Shown piece after piece: positions 29,042-39,051 of a stretch of 64,000 nt of DNA (positions are counted from its first letter, which is position 1; each line of letters starts with the position of its first letter). The DNA is from Candidatus Freyarchaeum deiterrae (GTDB lineage Archaea; Asgardarchaeota; Jordiarchaeia; Jordiarchaeales; Jordiarchaeaceae). Location of the stretch: assembly GCA_037305845.1 (NCBI GenBank), contig CP147778.1, positions 3,040,001 through 3,104,000 of the forward strand. Direction: 5' to 3'. The position numbers and the translations under genes are program-made. The notes beneath the pieces were generated by a model. It was given only the letters and a program-made list of their open reading frames with translations, was not told where the DNA came from and searched no databases.

Positions 29042-29983
29042 TTGAAGAGAATAATTATAGACACGGATGTCGGCTTGGATGTTGATGACGCGTACGCTAT
29101 TTCTCTAGCCGCAAAATCTCCTGAGCTTACCGTAGAGGGCATAACTACTGTTTATGGCGACACACTACTCAGAGCCAGAATCGCCCTGAAACTGCTCAAA
29201 TTAGCTGGTAGAAGCGATATCCCCGTCATAGTGGGTGAGGGGGAACCAATAACGGAGAACAAGCAATCACGGATGCTGGGCTTCGAGGGAGAAGGCATAC
29301 TAAAGCCCAAAGACAAAGAACTACAAATTCCATCTATAAACGCGGTTGACTTTATTACATCTAAGGCTCTAACCTCCAAGAAAGACCTGACCATAGTCAC
29401 AATCGGGGCACTCACAAACATCGCCCTAGCCCTAAAAAAACAACCAGACATTAAAAGAGGAATAAAAGAACTAGTAATAATGGGCGGAATAATCTACCCC
29501 CCAGAAATAAACGGAGAAAAAATACCGTATGACTCGGAGTACAATTTCAACTGCGATCCCGAGGCCGCAAAAATAGTATTTGAATGCGAAATCCCGAAAA
29601 CCCTAGTCCCAATGGACATAACCATGAAACCCGATAACTACCTAACCGAAATAGAGCTCACAAAACTACAGGAAGCCAACACACCCCTAACAGCAACTCT
29701 TCTCGAAATGACCAAAATCTGGCTAGAATACAGAAAAGAATCAGCATCCACCATTGGAATATCACCAGAAATAGTAAAACCATGGATGCACGACCCACTC
29801 GCAGTAACAGTAGCCCTGAAAAAAGAAATCTTCAAAACCGAAAATTACAATCTCCGAATGGATATACTGGAAGGAAAGGCGAGAATAATCCCTGACGCGG
29901 AAGTAGCTGAGATGAAAGTCTGCACAAACGCTGACTTCAACCAATTTAAGAAGCTTCTGATTGAACGACTAACAAAAAAATAA
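29042..29983 (+). CDS. Nucleoside hydrolase (IU-NH family)
   Basis: IIDTDVGLDVDD, GALTNIA, EYNFNCDPEAA, MHDP. Confidence 0.93.
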   Translation: MKRIIIDTDVGLDVDDAYAISLAAKSPELTVEGITTVYGDTLLRARIALKLLKLAGRSDIPVIVGEGEPITENKQSRMLGFEGEGILKPKDKELQIPSINAVDFITSKALTSKKDLTIVTIGALTNIALALKKQPDIKRGIKELVIMGGIIYPPEINGEKIPYDSEYNFNCDPEAAKIVFECEIPKTLVPMDITMKPDNYLTEIELTKLQEANTPLTATLLEMTKIWLEYRKESASTIGISPEIVKPWMHDPLAVTVALKKEIFKTENYNLRMDILEGKARIIPDAEVAEMKVCTNADFNQFKKLLIERLTKK

Positions 29984-30061
29984 ATATACTTTACAGCCAT
30001 AAAGCCATTTTATTATGTAAGTTAAAATTAAAAAATTAGAATAGGCTAATTGCTTAGCCAT

Positions 30062-31030
30062 TTAGTTTTTTGTCATGTTGAGGTGGAAATATTTGGGATC
30101 TATTCCATATATTTTCGATGATGTTTGGAGTTTTTTAATAGTACCTCGGATGGTTTCCCCGTTTTCATGGCCTTTAATCTTCTTAGCAGCATCTAGGGCG
30201 TCCTCAAAATACTTGATCGCATTCATATAGTTTTTCAGCTTAGCATATGTTTCCCCAATTTTTCTAAGAACATCCTCTTCCTGTGTCCGGTTCCCTAATT
30301 CTTGATAGATGTCTAGTGCTTTCTCATAACACATTAGTGCGTCTTCATTATCTTCGAACTCGCTGTACATGTTTCCAATGCCTTGGAGGGCTGCCGCTTC
30401 ACCTTTACGGTTTCCTATCTCTTTCATGACTCTTAACGCTTCAAGGAAAGTTATTAGGGCAGCTGAGTATTTTTCAAGTTTCACATATGCTTTCGCAGCC
30501 CGTAAGAGCATATCCCCCTCAGCTTCAAATTTTCCTAAAGCATGGTTGATTCTCGCTGTTTCTCGGAAGCATCTGAGAGCAGAGGAGTATTTCCCGAATG
30601 TCTCGTATACGGTTCCAATACCGAGGAAAGCTATTTTCTCGTCCTCAAAATCCCCAATATCATGAGCTAGACTTGAAACCCTTTTAAGGCATTTTAGGAC
30701 TGAAGGATAATTGCGCAGTATAAGGTGTATATGACTTATACCCATGAGTGTTTCTATTTCTTCACTAATGTTTCCGGTTTCACTTACTATTTCCAGCTTC
30801 TCTTCGAAGTCCTTCAACGCAGCTTGATAGTCCCCAATCTCATAATGCATCTGACCCATTTCAGTTAACACGTTCCGAACCAAATCGATATTGTTCACCT
30901 GCTTTAAAAGGGGCACAGCTTCGTTTAACAGACAAACTGCTTTACTAATCTCTGAATTACCGTAAGCTTTGAGCCCCTCCTCAACCAATTTTTGGGCCCT
31001 AAGCTCCAGTGAATTGCCTTCTCCTACCAT
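30062..31030 (-). CDS. TPR protein (~40-aa repeats)
   Basis: Repeats such as EAAALQGIGNMY...ALMCYEKALDIYQELGN. Confidence 0.85.
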   Translation of the reverse strand: MVGEGNSLELRAQKLVEEGLKAYGNSEISKAVCLLNEAVPLLKQVNNIDLVRNVLTEMGQMHYEIGDYQAALKDFEEKLEIVSETGNISEEIETLMGISHIHLILRNYPSVLKCLKRVSSLAHDIGDFEDEKIAFLGIGTVYETFGKYSSALRCFRETARINHALGKFEAEGDMLLRAAKAYVKLEKYSAALITFLEALRVMKEIGNRKGEAAALQGIGNMYSEFEDNEDALMCYEKALDIYQELGNRTQEEDVLRKIGETYAKLKNYMNAIKYFEDALDAAKKIKGHENGETIRGTIKKLQTSSKIYGIDPKYFHLNMTKN

Positions 31031-31052
31031 AATTTATCTCCTCATTTCCCAT

Positions 31053-31072
31053 AAGTGGGAATTTTCCCACTT
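31053..31072. promoter_or_regulatory. Palindromic operator at the predicted transcription start of the 30062-31030 gene
   Basis: AAGTGGGAA-TT-TTCCCACTT, perfect 9-bp arms, about 20 nt downstream of a minus-strand TTTATAAA box. Confidence 0.55.
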
Positions 31073-31117
31073 TTACACATTTACCCACAAATTTATAAAT
31101 TTTTGCATACTTCTTAC

Positions 31118-31449
31118 GCCTTGTTGCATAATTATTTCTTCTTTCTTTTGGCTGGCTTACCGCCTCTGCCCTGCTGGGGTTCTCCGAGAATGGTTTAGCA
31201 GAGCCTGTTGTAAACCGCGACCTTTAAGCCTACTTCCAGGCTGGGCGGCGGGAAGGATTCGAGCCGCCACTGGCTCTCACCCGCTTTGAGAAGCAGGATC
31301 AGCTCCCCGCCTTAACCAGCCGGTCACCAACAATTAACATTAAACTCCACTCAAGGGAAAGAAATATTATAGGAGGAAGGAGGAAAACAAGATTTACGAC
31401 CCTTTCGAGGCGGAAGCAAAGGTAAACAGAGCAAATCATGCAACAAGGC
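31118..31449. mobile_element. MITE-like element with 16-bp inverted repeats (IS5/IS903-like) carrying a structured RNA
   Basis: GCCTTGTTGCATAATT (31118-31133) and AATCATGCAACAAGGC (31434-31449) are 15/16 complementary; no flanking target duplication is visible. Confidence 0.65.
31150..31322 (-). ncRNA. Unrecognised ~175-nt multi-stem structured RNA
   Basis: GC-rich island with closing stem GGCTGG/CCAGCC, CCTGCT/AGCAGG, and hairpins TCTCA/TGAGA, GGCGGC/GCCGCC, AGCCT/AGGCT, GGTTTA/TAAACC. TATAATAT about 40 nt upstream on the minus strand. Strand is inferred. Confidence 0.55.
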
Positions 31450-31662
31450 AAAGTAAGAGAAAAATTTATATACCTGATAGAAGATAAAAATGGACGCTTC
31501 ACAGTTATCTTGGAAATCGGAAACACGGGGTTTCGGGAGAATAAGTGAGGGGAACCAGACCGCCACGAGCAGCAGCACGCAGAGAGAATCAACCTCTCGT
31601 CAGTATCCGCGGGAGCGCCGAATAACGGCGCAGTGAAAAAGTAAAGTACTTCAAAAAAACTG

Positions 31663-34600
31663 GTGAGTTTGGAGAAATTGAGCCTAAAAAACCGCTTCCA
31701 TAAACAAAAACGAGCATGGCTCTCATTGATGGCGATCTCAATTTTCATGGTGTCACTATACACACCAGTATACCTGTACTCCCAATCCGTTAACAGTTAC
31801 CTTCAATCCCTCCCCCTAAACGGCTACCTGACTCCTAAAAGCAATACGTCGGAAGGGCAGGTGAAAATCGGAACATTATTAATCCTGCTGGACAATCCCG
31901 GAAAGATAGTGACCTGGAACCAGTCAGCAACCATCTCAGCAATATTAATCAACAACCAGACTCTAGAACCAATCCCTCACGAAAACCTAGAACTTTATGT
32001 CAATCTTCAAAATGAGAGCTGGACGTTGCTAAGCACCGGATCCACAAACGAATCTGGAATAGCGCAACTCACATTTTTTGTAGACATGAAAAACGGTGAT
32101 TGCCAATATAAAATAAGCTACACAGGTAGCTCAAATTACTTACCTATAAAAAAGCAATCATACTTTACAGTAATCGGAGACCCCGACCCCAGTTATACAC
32201 TTAATGTTGTGGAGGTCACAGACAAACGTATAAAGTTTGATTATACTTTTACGAGTAACATACCTACCGACAACTTCTTTGGCATTCCTCTTTATCATGG
32301 AGGTCTTAACTATGTTGAAGTTCAAGTCTTTGCAGATAGTTCCAATGACGTCGGTTGGTTTAAGTATAGATATACCGAAGATCTAAATGATCTTTCATCT
32401 TATTCAAACTCTTGTGAGCTTACTTATTTACAAGCTGTCGGTGTTCCAGGTTACAGCTATGAACAGCTGGTGAACGTTGGGGAGATTCTAGATAAGAATT
32501 ACACCAAAGTTTCAATCATGGTTTTTGCGTCACAGGAATGGTATAATATTATTAATCTGAGAGTTGGTTGGTCATCTGGCGGCACCACCAAGTATGAAAC
32601 GCTTAAAGATGATGATATTTATGCGCCATCAGGTTCGGTTAAACCTGATTCACCTATAACTTTTCAATTTCCATATGATTATAATTTTACCTTTAATAAT
32701 ATTCAGGATGACTCGGGTTGGACCGCCTATATTCAATATTACTTTACTAACCAGTCATATAATAGCACTATTTATGGGCCATATCCGGTATGGAGTACCG
32801 ATTCACCCGATGCCATAACTTTTACTTATCATATTAACAGGACTACCTGGAGCTTATATCTAAATACGACAATTGAATACAATTATAAATTGATTGATCA
32901 TGACTTTGATTGGGGAAGAGAAAATGATAGAGCTTTCAAAGAGTCTGGTTGGTTGCCCGGTGGGAGAATTTGTACTGAAATTGGTGCTCAAATAGATAGA
33001 ATTGATACTTATGCTTGGTATGGAGGTGATTGGCATCCAATTACGATTTCGCCGCCTGATTACAGTGATTTGTATGTCAATGATAATAATTATATTTACA
33101 TAACTATCGCTAATCCCACAGATAACGATATTAAAATTAACAATGCAGTATTAGGATTTTCATGTAACAAGTTTAAAACTGGAATTAATATTAATACAAG
33201 TATTGCTTCTCCAGATGACACGGGAACTTGGATACCAATTAAAGCATATTTAACTAAAACGATAATGGTAACAAAAAACTTTGATAGTAGTTACTTTAGT
33301 AGTTTAGAAGATTTAGATAATGAAGAAATAAAGATGGAATTTTCATTTACCTACATTAATTCCTCCTCAGAGCCCTCAGAGCCTGGAGCAATTCCCTCAT
33401 CCAATATTCAAGTTGTAGAGATTACAAATAAACATATAGAGTTTACTTATAATTTTGAAAGTAACATACCTCCTGACATCATATTCGGTGTACCTCTTAA
33501 TCTTTATTGGGGTGGTCTTACAAATGTTCAGGTTTCTATCAAGGCATCTGGTCCTTCAGATGGTCTTCACGACGGGTGGTTTGAGTATATCTATCAACAA
33601 AATCTAGACAAATTTCCTTCTTGGGGAGGCACAGTTGATATTGATTCTTTACAAGCTATTAACGTTTCAGGTTACAACGATAATCAGCAGGTTCAACTTG
33701 GAGAGATCATAGATAAGGGTTATACCAACGTTAGTATCACGCTGTATGCGTTACAGGAATGGTATTTTACATGGTTTAAAGCAGGTGAGTCAAGTAGCAA
33801 CCGTAGCTACTACTTTAATGTTGTAGACAATAATAATGCCTCGCTTTACGAAATTTTAGTGGGGGGCACCTCTTCAACATCTTCCTCAAATATTACTTAT
33901 TGTTCAAAATCTTATAATATCACCAGGCCGCCCCCACCAACGGTCAGTTTTATTGGATATGAAGGACACGGCCTAGGTGAATTCACATATAAATATAATG
34001 GAAAGAGTTCAGAAATATTCGCGGTGTTTCAAGTTAATGACACGGCTCGTATTCCCATACAAATCTCTCAAAATTTGGCAATTACTGAAGAAAAATCGGG
34101 AGAATTGATCTCTTTTGCATCTGATACACCGAATATTGGTATTGAAACAAATAAAGAAAGTACTTTATATCCGAACAATGTAACTAAAATCTATTTCAAA
34201 ATAACCCCTTCAACAAAATTTTTCTGGGATGAGAATCTTCTATTGAAAGCCATAGGGAAATGGGTTAATGCTCCCCAACTTCCTAAGGCGATTAGCGACA
34301 TAATGACCTTTATACGTTATTCTTTTGATTTGGCGAATTTTGCAGTGGAATACATGAAGGCACCACCTATAGTTATCGATACGGCTCTGGGTATTATATC
34401 AGTCATTTGGGACGGAGTGGTTCTTTTTGTTGCACCATTAACTCTTGATCCTCAAAGGGAATGTACTTTTACTTCGGATATGACTTGGAAATATATTCAA
34501 AGTCCGGATGGGTCCCTTACCGATTATACTACTTTTAGCTATACTCCACTTGAAATAAATACAACAAAATTGCAATTAAGTGCCTCCTCTGACCAACAAA

Positions 34601-36864
34601 ATAATTTTAACAGTGGTTTAGCAGCAAAAGCACTTTCAATTCCGTTAGAGATTCTTTCGTTAGCTGCACCATTCCCGGCTGATGTGGGCTTTGCAGTAGG
34701 AGCTTTTCTAGCAAACTCCCTTTGCGGATCGTTATGGGATCAGGCGAATGATGATTTGCCTTCAGACCAAAATTATACTGCAATATACCAGCCTCAATAT
34801 CCTTCGTTTAATCTTACCGTTTACGAGCCGAAAAACGAATTTGAGGCATTGCTTTTGCAATACATAAATGCCAGTGCACAATACTTAGGCGATTACCAAG
34901 CCTTCAATATAACGAGCTCGAGAAGGGGGGCCGCTATGGCTGCGGGAGATTATGAGGCGGTTATAAACCAAGATTCCGCCCTAGTTAATTACACTAATAA
35001 CGTGATAGCGGATTCCGTAGCTTTAAAAAATGATATGGAACTCCTGAACTACCATATCTCGGAAAACGTTTCATACTACGTAAACGAATCCTACGCTCTT
35101 GAATCTAACATCTCACAGAACGGCTTATCCGAGCAAAGCATACTCGTATTAGAATCTTTCGGCTACAATCAAACAGAGATAAGCCAGTTGAACCAAACAA
35201 TCATCAGCCTGGCGGGAGAACACATAATTTCGCAGAACATCACAAGTACACTCTCCCTCTTAGACGAGTCCCTGAAAAATTCAACCGAACTACTAAATAC
35301 CCAAATAAAAAGCTATGAGGATTTCGTGACAGAACTAAACAACGAGACCATAAATACCAAAACGCAGTTCTTAAACGAGTCCATAACCACGGCGAGCAAC
35401 GAAACAATCCAGGAACTCGAACAACTCAAAAACGATACAATTACACTTTATAATAACGGGGAATGGAACGCAGTCATAGAGAAAGCCAACCAACTAATCG
35501 AACTAGCTCAGAACACCGCCCTGGAAACAAACAACAACACATACCTCGAATACATAAGTTCCGCACAGGACTATAAGAAAAACGCGGAACAATACCTGAA
35601 AATATACCTCTACCACCTAGAAGAGTTAGAGGTCACCGAAACCGACACCAAAAACGTAACAGTCATAGCACAAAGCGGCGGCGCCCCCACGGCGGACTAC
35701 TTCCTAGAAACGAACGTTTCCTGGGTCACCTCCACACAGCAAACCATCTCCATAACACAGTACCAAAGAACAACGGTAGAACTCACTATTTCTACTCAAG
35801 ACCAGTCACCCGGAACCTACCCTGTAAACCTCAAACTATACCTACCCCAAACCCACACCATCATTGACTCCATACTAACGGTAAAAGTCGTCGACAAAAG
35901 CCCCCCTACAACCACAATCAGTTTAAATGGCACCCCGGGGCTTAATGGCTGGTACACCTCAAACGTGACCGTCACCCTAACGGCCACGGATCCCACCTCA
36001 CCCACTGACGTGAACAAAACGGAATATAGCCTCGACGGAACCAACTGGTTCACCTACTCTGTGCCGTTCACCATAACAACCGAAGGAGTGGTAACCGTAT
36101 ACTTTAACTCAACCGACCAAGCAGGCAACGTGGAAACAACCAAGTCTCAAACAATATGGATCGACCAGACGCCTCCCGCAACCCAGTTAATTATCGGAAT
36201 CCACTACACCGACGGGAAGGGCAACATCTATGTTACCTCCAGCACATGGTTCACTCTAACAGCCACCGACTCTGCTCCTGGCTCAGGAGTCGCAAACACC
36301 TACTACCGCATAAACGGCGGCAACTGGACTGAGTATGTTGGAGCCTTCAACATTACTGGTCCCATAGGAACCTATACCATAGACTACTACAGCGTTGACG
36401 GCGCAGGGAACCAAGAAACGCCGAAAACAGCCACAGTCATCATGGAACAGGCTTACCATGGCTGGGGCAGCCTAGTAATCGGCAAGCAATGGTTCAGAGG
36501 GAACGCCACCCTGTTCCTCTCAGAGCACATGATCCGAATACAGGTAGACAACCAAACAGCCACCTGGAACATCACAAAACAATGCAGAATGGATCACACC
36601 GAATTCTACTACGGCAAGGGCGAACTCGGAAAAATCCTCCTAATGATTCACAGTGGAAAAACATCAACACACGCACTCGCTATAGGCGGCAGAGCTTTCT
36701 TCTGCAGCTGCCCAAAACACTGTGAGCATCATCCCGGCCGAGGCGAATGCGGCAAGCTTCTTACCGTTCCTCACCCCCACCTTGAGGCAGAGCATTCTCC
36801 TCAGCGGAGAACTCCTAACCTTTTTTTTTGGTGGCATGGGTCACCTGAATCATTATACGCCTAA
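31663..36864 (+). CDS. Giant secreted/surface glycoprotein with an internal duplicated domain and C-terminal Ig-like (OmpL47-type) repeats
   Basis: Signal/TM segment; duplicated ~125-aa unit (VVEVTDKRIKFDYTF...QEWY and VVEITNKHIEFTYNF...QEWY); many NxS/T sequons; D..PP.T....TLTATD repeats. The last ~47 codons read through into the antisense of the IS110 relic. Confidence 0.85.
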   Translation: MSLEKLSLKNRFHKQKRAWLSLMAISIFMVSLYTPVYLYSQSVNSYLQSLPLNGYLTPKSNTSEGQVKIGTLLILLDNPGKIVTWNQSATISAILINNQTLEPIPHENLELYVNLQNESWTLLSTGSTNESGIAQLTFFVDMKNGDCQYKISYTGSSNYLPIKKQSYFTVIGDPDPSYTLNVVEVTDKRIKFDYTFTSNIPTDNFFGIPLYHGGLNYVEVQVFADSSNDVGWFKYRYTEDLNDLSSYSNSCELTYLQAVGVPGYSYEQLVNVGEILDKNYTKVSIMVFASQEWYNIINLRVGWSSGGTTKYETLKDDDIYAPSGSVKPDSPITFQFPYDYNFTFNNIQDDSGWTAYIQYYFTNQSYNSTIYGPYPVWSTDSPDAITFTYHINRTTWSLYLNTTIEYNYKLIDHDFDWGRENDRAFKESGWLPGGRICTEIGAQIDRIDTYAWYGGDWHPITISPPDYSDLYVNDNNYIYITIANPTDNDIKINNAVLGFSCNKFKTGININTSIASPDDTGTWIPIKAYLTKTIMVTKNFDSSYFSSLEDLDNEEIKMEFSFTYINSSSEPSEPGAIPSSNIQVVEITNKHIEFTYNFESNIPPDIIFGVPLNLYWGGLTNVQVSIKASGPSDGLHDGWFEYIYQQNLDKFPSWGGTVDIDSLQAINVSGYNDNQQVQLGEIIDKGYTNVSITLYALQEWYFTWFKAGESSSNRSYYFNVVDNNNASLYEILVGGTSSTSSSNITYCSKSYNITRPPPPTVSFIGYEGHGLGEFTYKYNGKSSEIFAVFQVNDTARIPIQISQNLAITEEKSGELISFASDTPNIGIETNKESTLYPNNVTKIYFKITPSTKFFWDENLLLKAIGKWVNAPQLPKAISDIMTFIRYSFDLANFAVEYMKAPPIVIDTALGIISVIWDGVVLFVAPLTLDPQRECTFTSDMTWKYIQSPDGSLTDYTTFSYTPLEINTTKLQLSASSDQQNNFNSGLAAKALSIPLEILSLAAPFPADVGFAVGAFLANSLCGSLWDQANDDLPSDQNYTAIYQPQYPSFNLTVYEPKNEFEALLLQYINASAQYLGDYQAFNITSSRRGAAMAAGDYEAVINQDSALVNYTNNVIADSVALKNDMELLNYHISENVSYYVNESYALESNISQNGLSEQSILVLESFGYNQTEISQLNQTIISLAGEHIISQNITSTLSLLDESLKNSTELLNTQIKSYEDFVTELNNETINTKTQFLNESITTASNETIQELEQLKNDTITLYNNGEWNAVIEKANQLIELAQNTALETNNNTYLEYISSAQDYKKNAEQYLKIYLYHLEELEVTETDTKNVTVIAQSGGAPTADYFLETNVSWVTSTQQTISITQYQRTTVELTISTQDQSPGTYPVNLKLYLPQTHTIIDSILTVKVVDKSPPTTTISLNGTPGLNGWYTSNVTVTLTATDPTSPTDVNKTEYSLDGTNWFTYSVPFTITTEGVVTVYFNSTDQAGNVETTKSQTIWIDQTPPATQLIIGIHYTDGKGNIYVTSSTWFTLTATDSAPGSGVANTYYRINGGNWTEYVGAFNITGPIGTYTIDYYSVDGAGNQETPKTATVIMEQAYHGWGSLVIGKQWFRGNATLFLSEHMIRIQVDNQTATWNITKQCRMDHTEFYYGKGELGKILLMIHSGKTSTHALAIGGRAFFCSCPKHCEHHPGRGECGKLLTVPHPHLEAEHSPQRRTPNLFFWWHGSPESLYA

Positions 36865-37025
36865 AGCCACTGGGAGCCCCCCATGTTCATACTCCTAGTG
36901 AGGCTCTTTCCTGCCGATTGGTATACTGAGGGAGCCAAAATCTCTTACTCAGGAAGCCAGATTCTCGTTGTTCTCAGCTGGAATTGCGGAAGCCGACATC
37001 TCACCCACGACCAGAATCGTAATTA
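36718..37025 (-). pseudogene. IS110-family transposase relic (C-terminal Transposase_20 region)
   Basis: With frameshifts: ITILVVG...LAS*.../LAPSVYQSAGKSLTRSMNMGGSQWL/RRIMIQVTHAT/VRSSPLRR...GKKLAAFASAGMMLT, matching the IS110 GL.P..xQSG, G...LR and A..A.ARK motifs. Confidence 0.78.
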
Positions 37026-37039
37026 ACCGCTTCATATCA

Positions 37040-37129
37040 TCCTTGTTGGGGAGGAAGGAAAATAAGTTTTAAGCCCTTTTTGATGCGAATGTAAAGTTAA
37101 ACAGAGCCAATTAAATTATGAAACAAGAC
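37040..37129. repeat. Degenerate second copy of the MITE right end (direct repeat of 31371-31449)
   Basis: GGAGGAAGGA...AAG.TTTA.G.CC.TTT.GA.GCG...AAAG.TAAACAGAGC...AATTATGAAACAAGAC, preceded by a partial left IR CCTTGTTG at 37041-37048. Confidence 0.7.
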
Positions 37130-37432
37130 ACATACTTGAAACACTCCACTAAAAAAATTTCAATTACAGAAAAAAGAGGAATTATTCCTTATTTTTTAAA
37201 AAGAAAATTAATGATCCTTTTTTTCTAGATATCGAATAAAAACAAATCTCTTCCCCTAAAACTACCAAAAACAAGCTGAAGCATCACAAAACTTGTAAAA
37301 AAAATTATTGCTAATTATTTTTAAATGGCTAGTGAAAATCTGAATAATTGGCGGCTTATTTGCCGAAAATATATAAATAATCCTAGGAATGTGTTTCTTA
37401 TTAATAAATGGAAAAAAGGGGATGTAAATTAC

Positions 37433-37978
37433 ATGGTTAGGGAAATGACTGAAACTAATCTTCGCAGTGCATATGCTGGTGAAAGCCAGGCCCATATGAG
37501 GTACATGATTTTTGCAGATAGAGCAAAGCAGAAGTTTCCGAATGTGGCACGTTTGTTCACTGCCATAGCTTTCGCTGAACAAGTTCATGCAACTAATCAT
37601 TTTAGAAATATAGCGAGTAAAGGAGGCTTTACCGTAGTCTCAGCTGCGCCCTTCGGGGCTAAGAATACCTCTGAAGACCTTCAGGCAGGCATTGATGGGG
37701 AGACCTTCGAAATTAACGAGATGTACCCCGCCTATCTGGAAGAAGCTAAATTTCAGGGAGAAAAGGGCGCTGAAACCAGTTTTAGATATGCATGGGAAGC
37801 CGAGAAAATCCACAAAACTATGTACGAAAAAGCAAAAAAAACAGTGGACACGGGTAAAGATATCAAATTAGGGCCAGTGCAGATATGCAGCGTGTGCGGT
37901 CATACTCTTGAAGGTGATGCTCCAGACAAGTGCCCCATATGCGGGTCTCCTAAAAGTTCATTCAAAGCTTTCCCGTAA
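37433..37978 (+). CDS. Rubrerythrin
   Basis: AYAGESQA..RY, EQVHA, EINEMYP, EKIH, CSVCG...CPICG; start set at MVREM. Confidence 0.95.
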   Translation: MVREMTETNLRSAYAGESQAHMRYMIFADRAKQKFPNVARLFTAIAFAEQVHATNHFRNIASKGGFTVVSAAPFGAKNTSEDLQAGIDGETFEINEMYPAYLEEAKFQGEKGAETSFRYAWEAEKIHKTMYEKAKKTVDTGKDIKLGPVQICSVCGHTLEGDAPDKCPICGSPKSSFKAFP

Positions 37979-38351
37979 ATTAACCTACATAAGCTTCGCT
38001 TCTTAGACAAAACATAAAAAAAGTTTTTCAAAGCAAATAGAAAGATACGACTGAAAAACGAAGTTAAATAAACAATTAGCTAAATCCAAAAATTATCTTC
38101 TCTTTTTCTTTTAGAATGATAAATCTCAAAAAATAGAAGTGACCATTAAGGAATAATTTTTATTTCTCCTGTTAGAGGGTTCTGATAACTTATTGTTGGA
38201 AAGTATCATTATTTGAAAAACAATTTTAAAGTTTAAAGCAAATTTGCAATTTTTTCTTTAATTATTATAGGGGGATTTTCCTTAAAGTAGGATGGAATCG
38301 CATGATCGATAAGTCGAATTTATAATCCCTCGCCCTATTATAAGATACAAT

Positions 38352-38921
38352 ATGAAAAAAATAGTTGTCTTTAATTATGTTTCCGTTGATGGATTCTTCG
38401 CTGGGCCAAACGGTGAGATAGATTGGTTCAAGGTAATCAAAAAAGATGATGAGTGGGATGCCTATACCCATAGGCAGGCGCAACCAGGCGGTACGTTGAT
38501 TTTCGGCCATACAACCTACGAAATGATGAAAAGTTATTGGCCCACGCCGGACGCGATCAAGAGCGACCCCGGTATGGCCAAAGCCGTGAATGAAAGCCCA
38601 AAGATCGTTTTTTCAAAGACGCTCAAGAGCGTAGAAGAGGGGCTTCATTGGAAAAATATTAGACTTTTTCATGAGATAAAGCCTGAAGACATACGCAAAC
38701 TGAAAGAGAAGCAAGACATGACGATATTAGGGAGCGGTACCCTCGTGCAGCAGTTTGCAAATCTTGGTCTCATCGACGAATACTGGCTGGTGGTAGTCCC
38801 CATCGTTTTGGGCGCTGGCAAGCCCCTATTCAAAGATGTGAAAACGATGAACCTGAAGCTCCTTGAGGCGAAGAGGTTTAAGAATGGAATTGTCTTGCTT
38901 CGCTATCAACCGGAAAAATAA
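38352..38921 (+). CDS. Dihydrofolate reductase-like (RibD C-terminal) protein
   Basis: SVDGFFAG, TYE, GSGTLV, LIDEY, PIVLGAGKPLF. Confidence 0.9.
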   Translation: MKKIVVFNYVSVDGFFAGPNGEIDWFKVIKKDDEWDAYTHRQAQPGGTLIFGHTTYEMMKSYWPTPDAIKSDPGMAKAVNESPKIVFSKTLKSVEEGLHWKNIRLFHEIKPEDIRKLKEKQDMTILGSGTLVQQFANLGLIDEYWLVVVPIVLGAGKPLFKDVKTMNLKLLEAKRFKNGIVLLRYQPEK

Positions 38922-39051
38922 TCTGCACAATATTTAGAAGAAAAAACTTGTAAGAATGAAATCTGCTTTTTCAAGATTCTTCAAGAGTAGAGATACTCTT
39001 GCAAAGTAAAACCGAGTTTAACTTGGCTCTGAAAAATAGAGGAGCCTCTAT

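Noticed and set aside
31150-31322. RNase P or SRP RNA
   Set aside because: Lacks the GAGGAAnnUC/P4 motifs of RNase P and the helix-8 CAGG-GGAA-AGCA motif of SRP, and it is short.
31240-31325. tRNA gene suggested by GGCTCGAATCC on the minus strand
   Set aside because: No T-stem or acceptor-stem geometry around the motif; it lies in a different hairpin.
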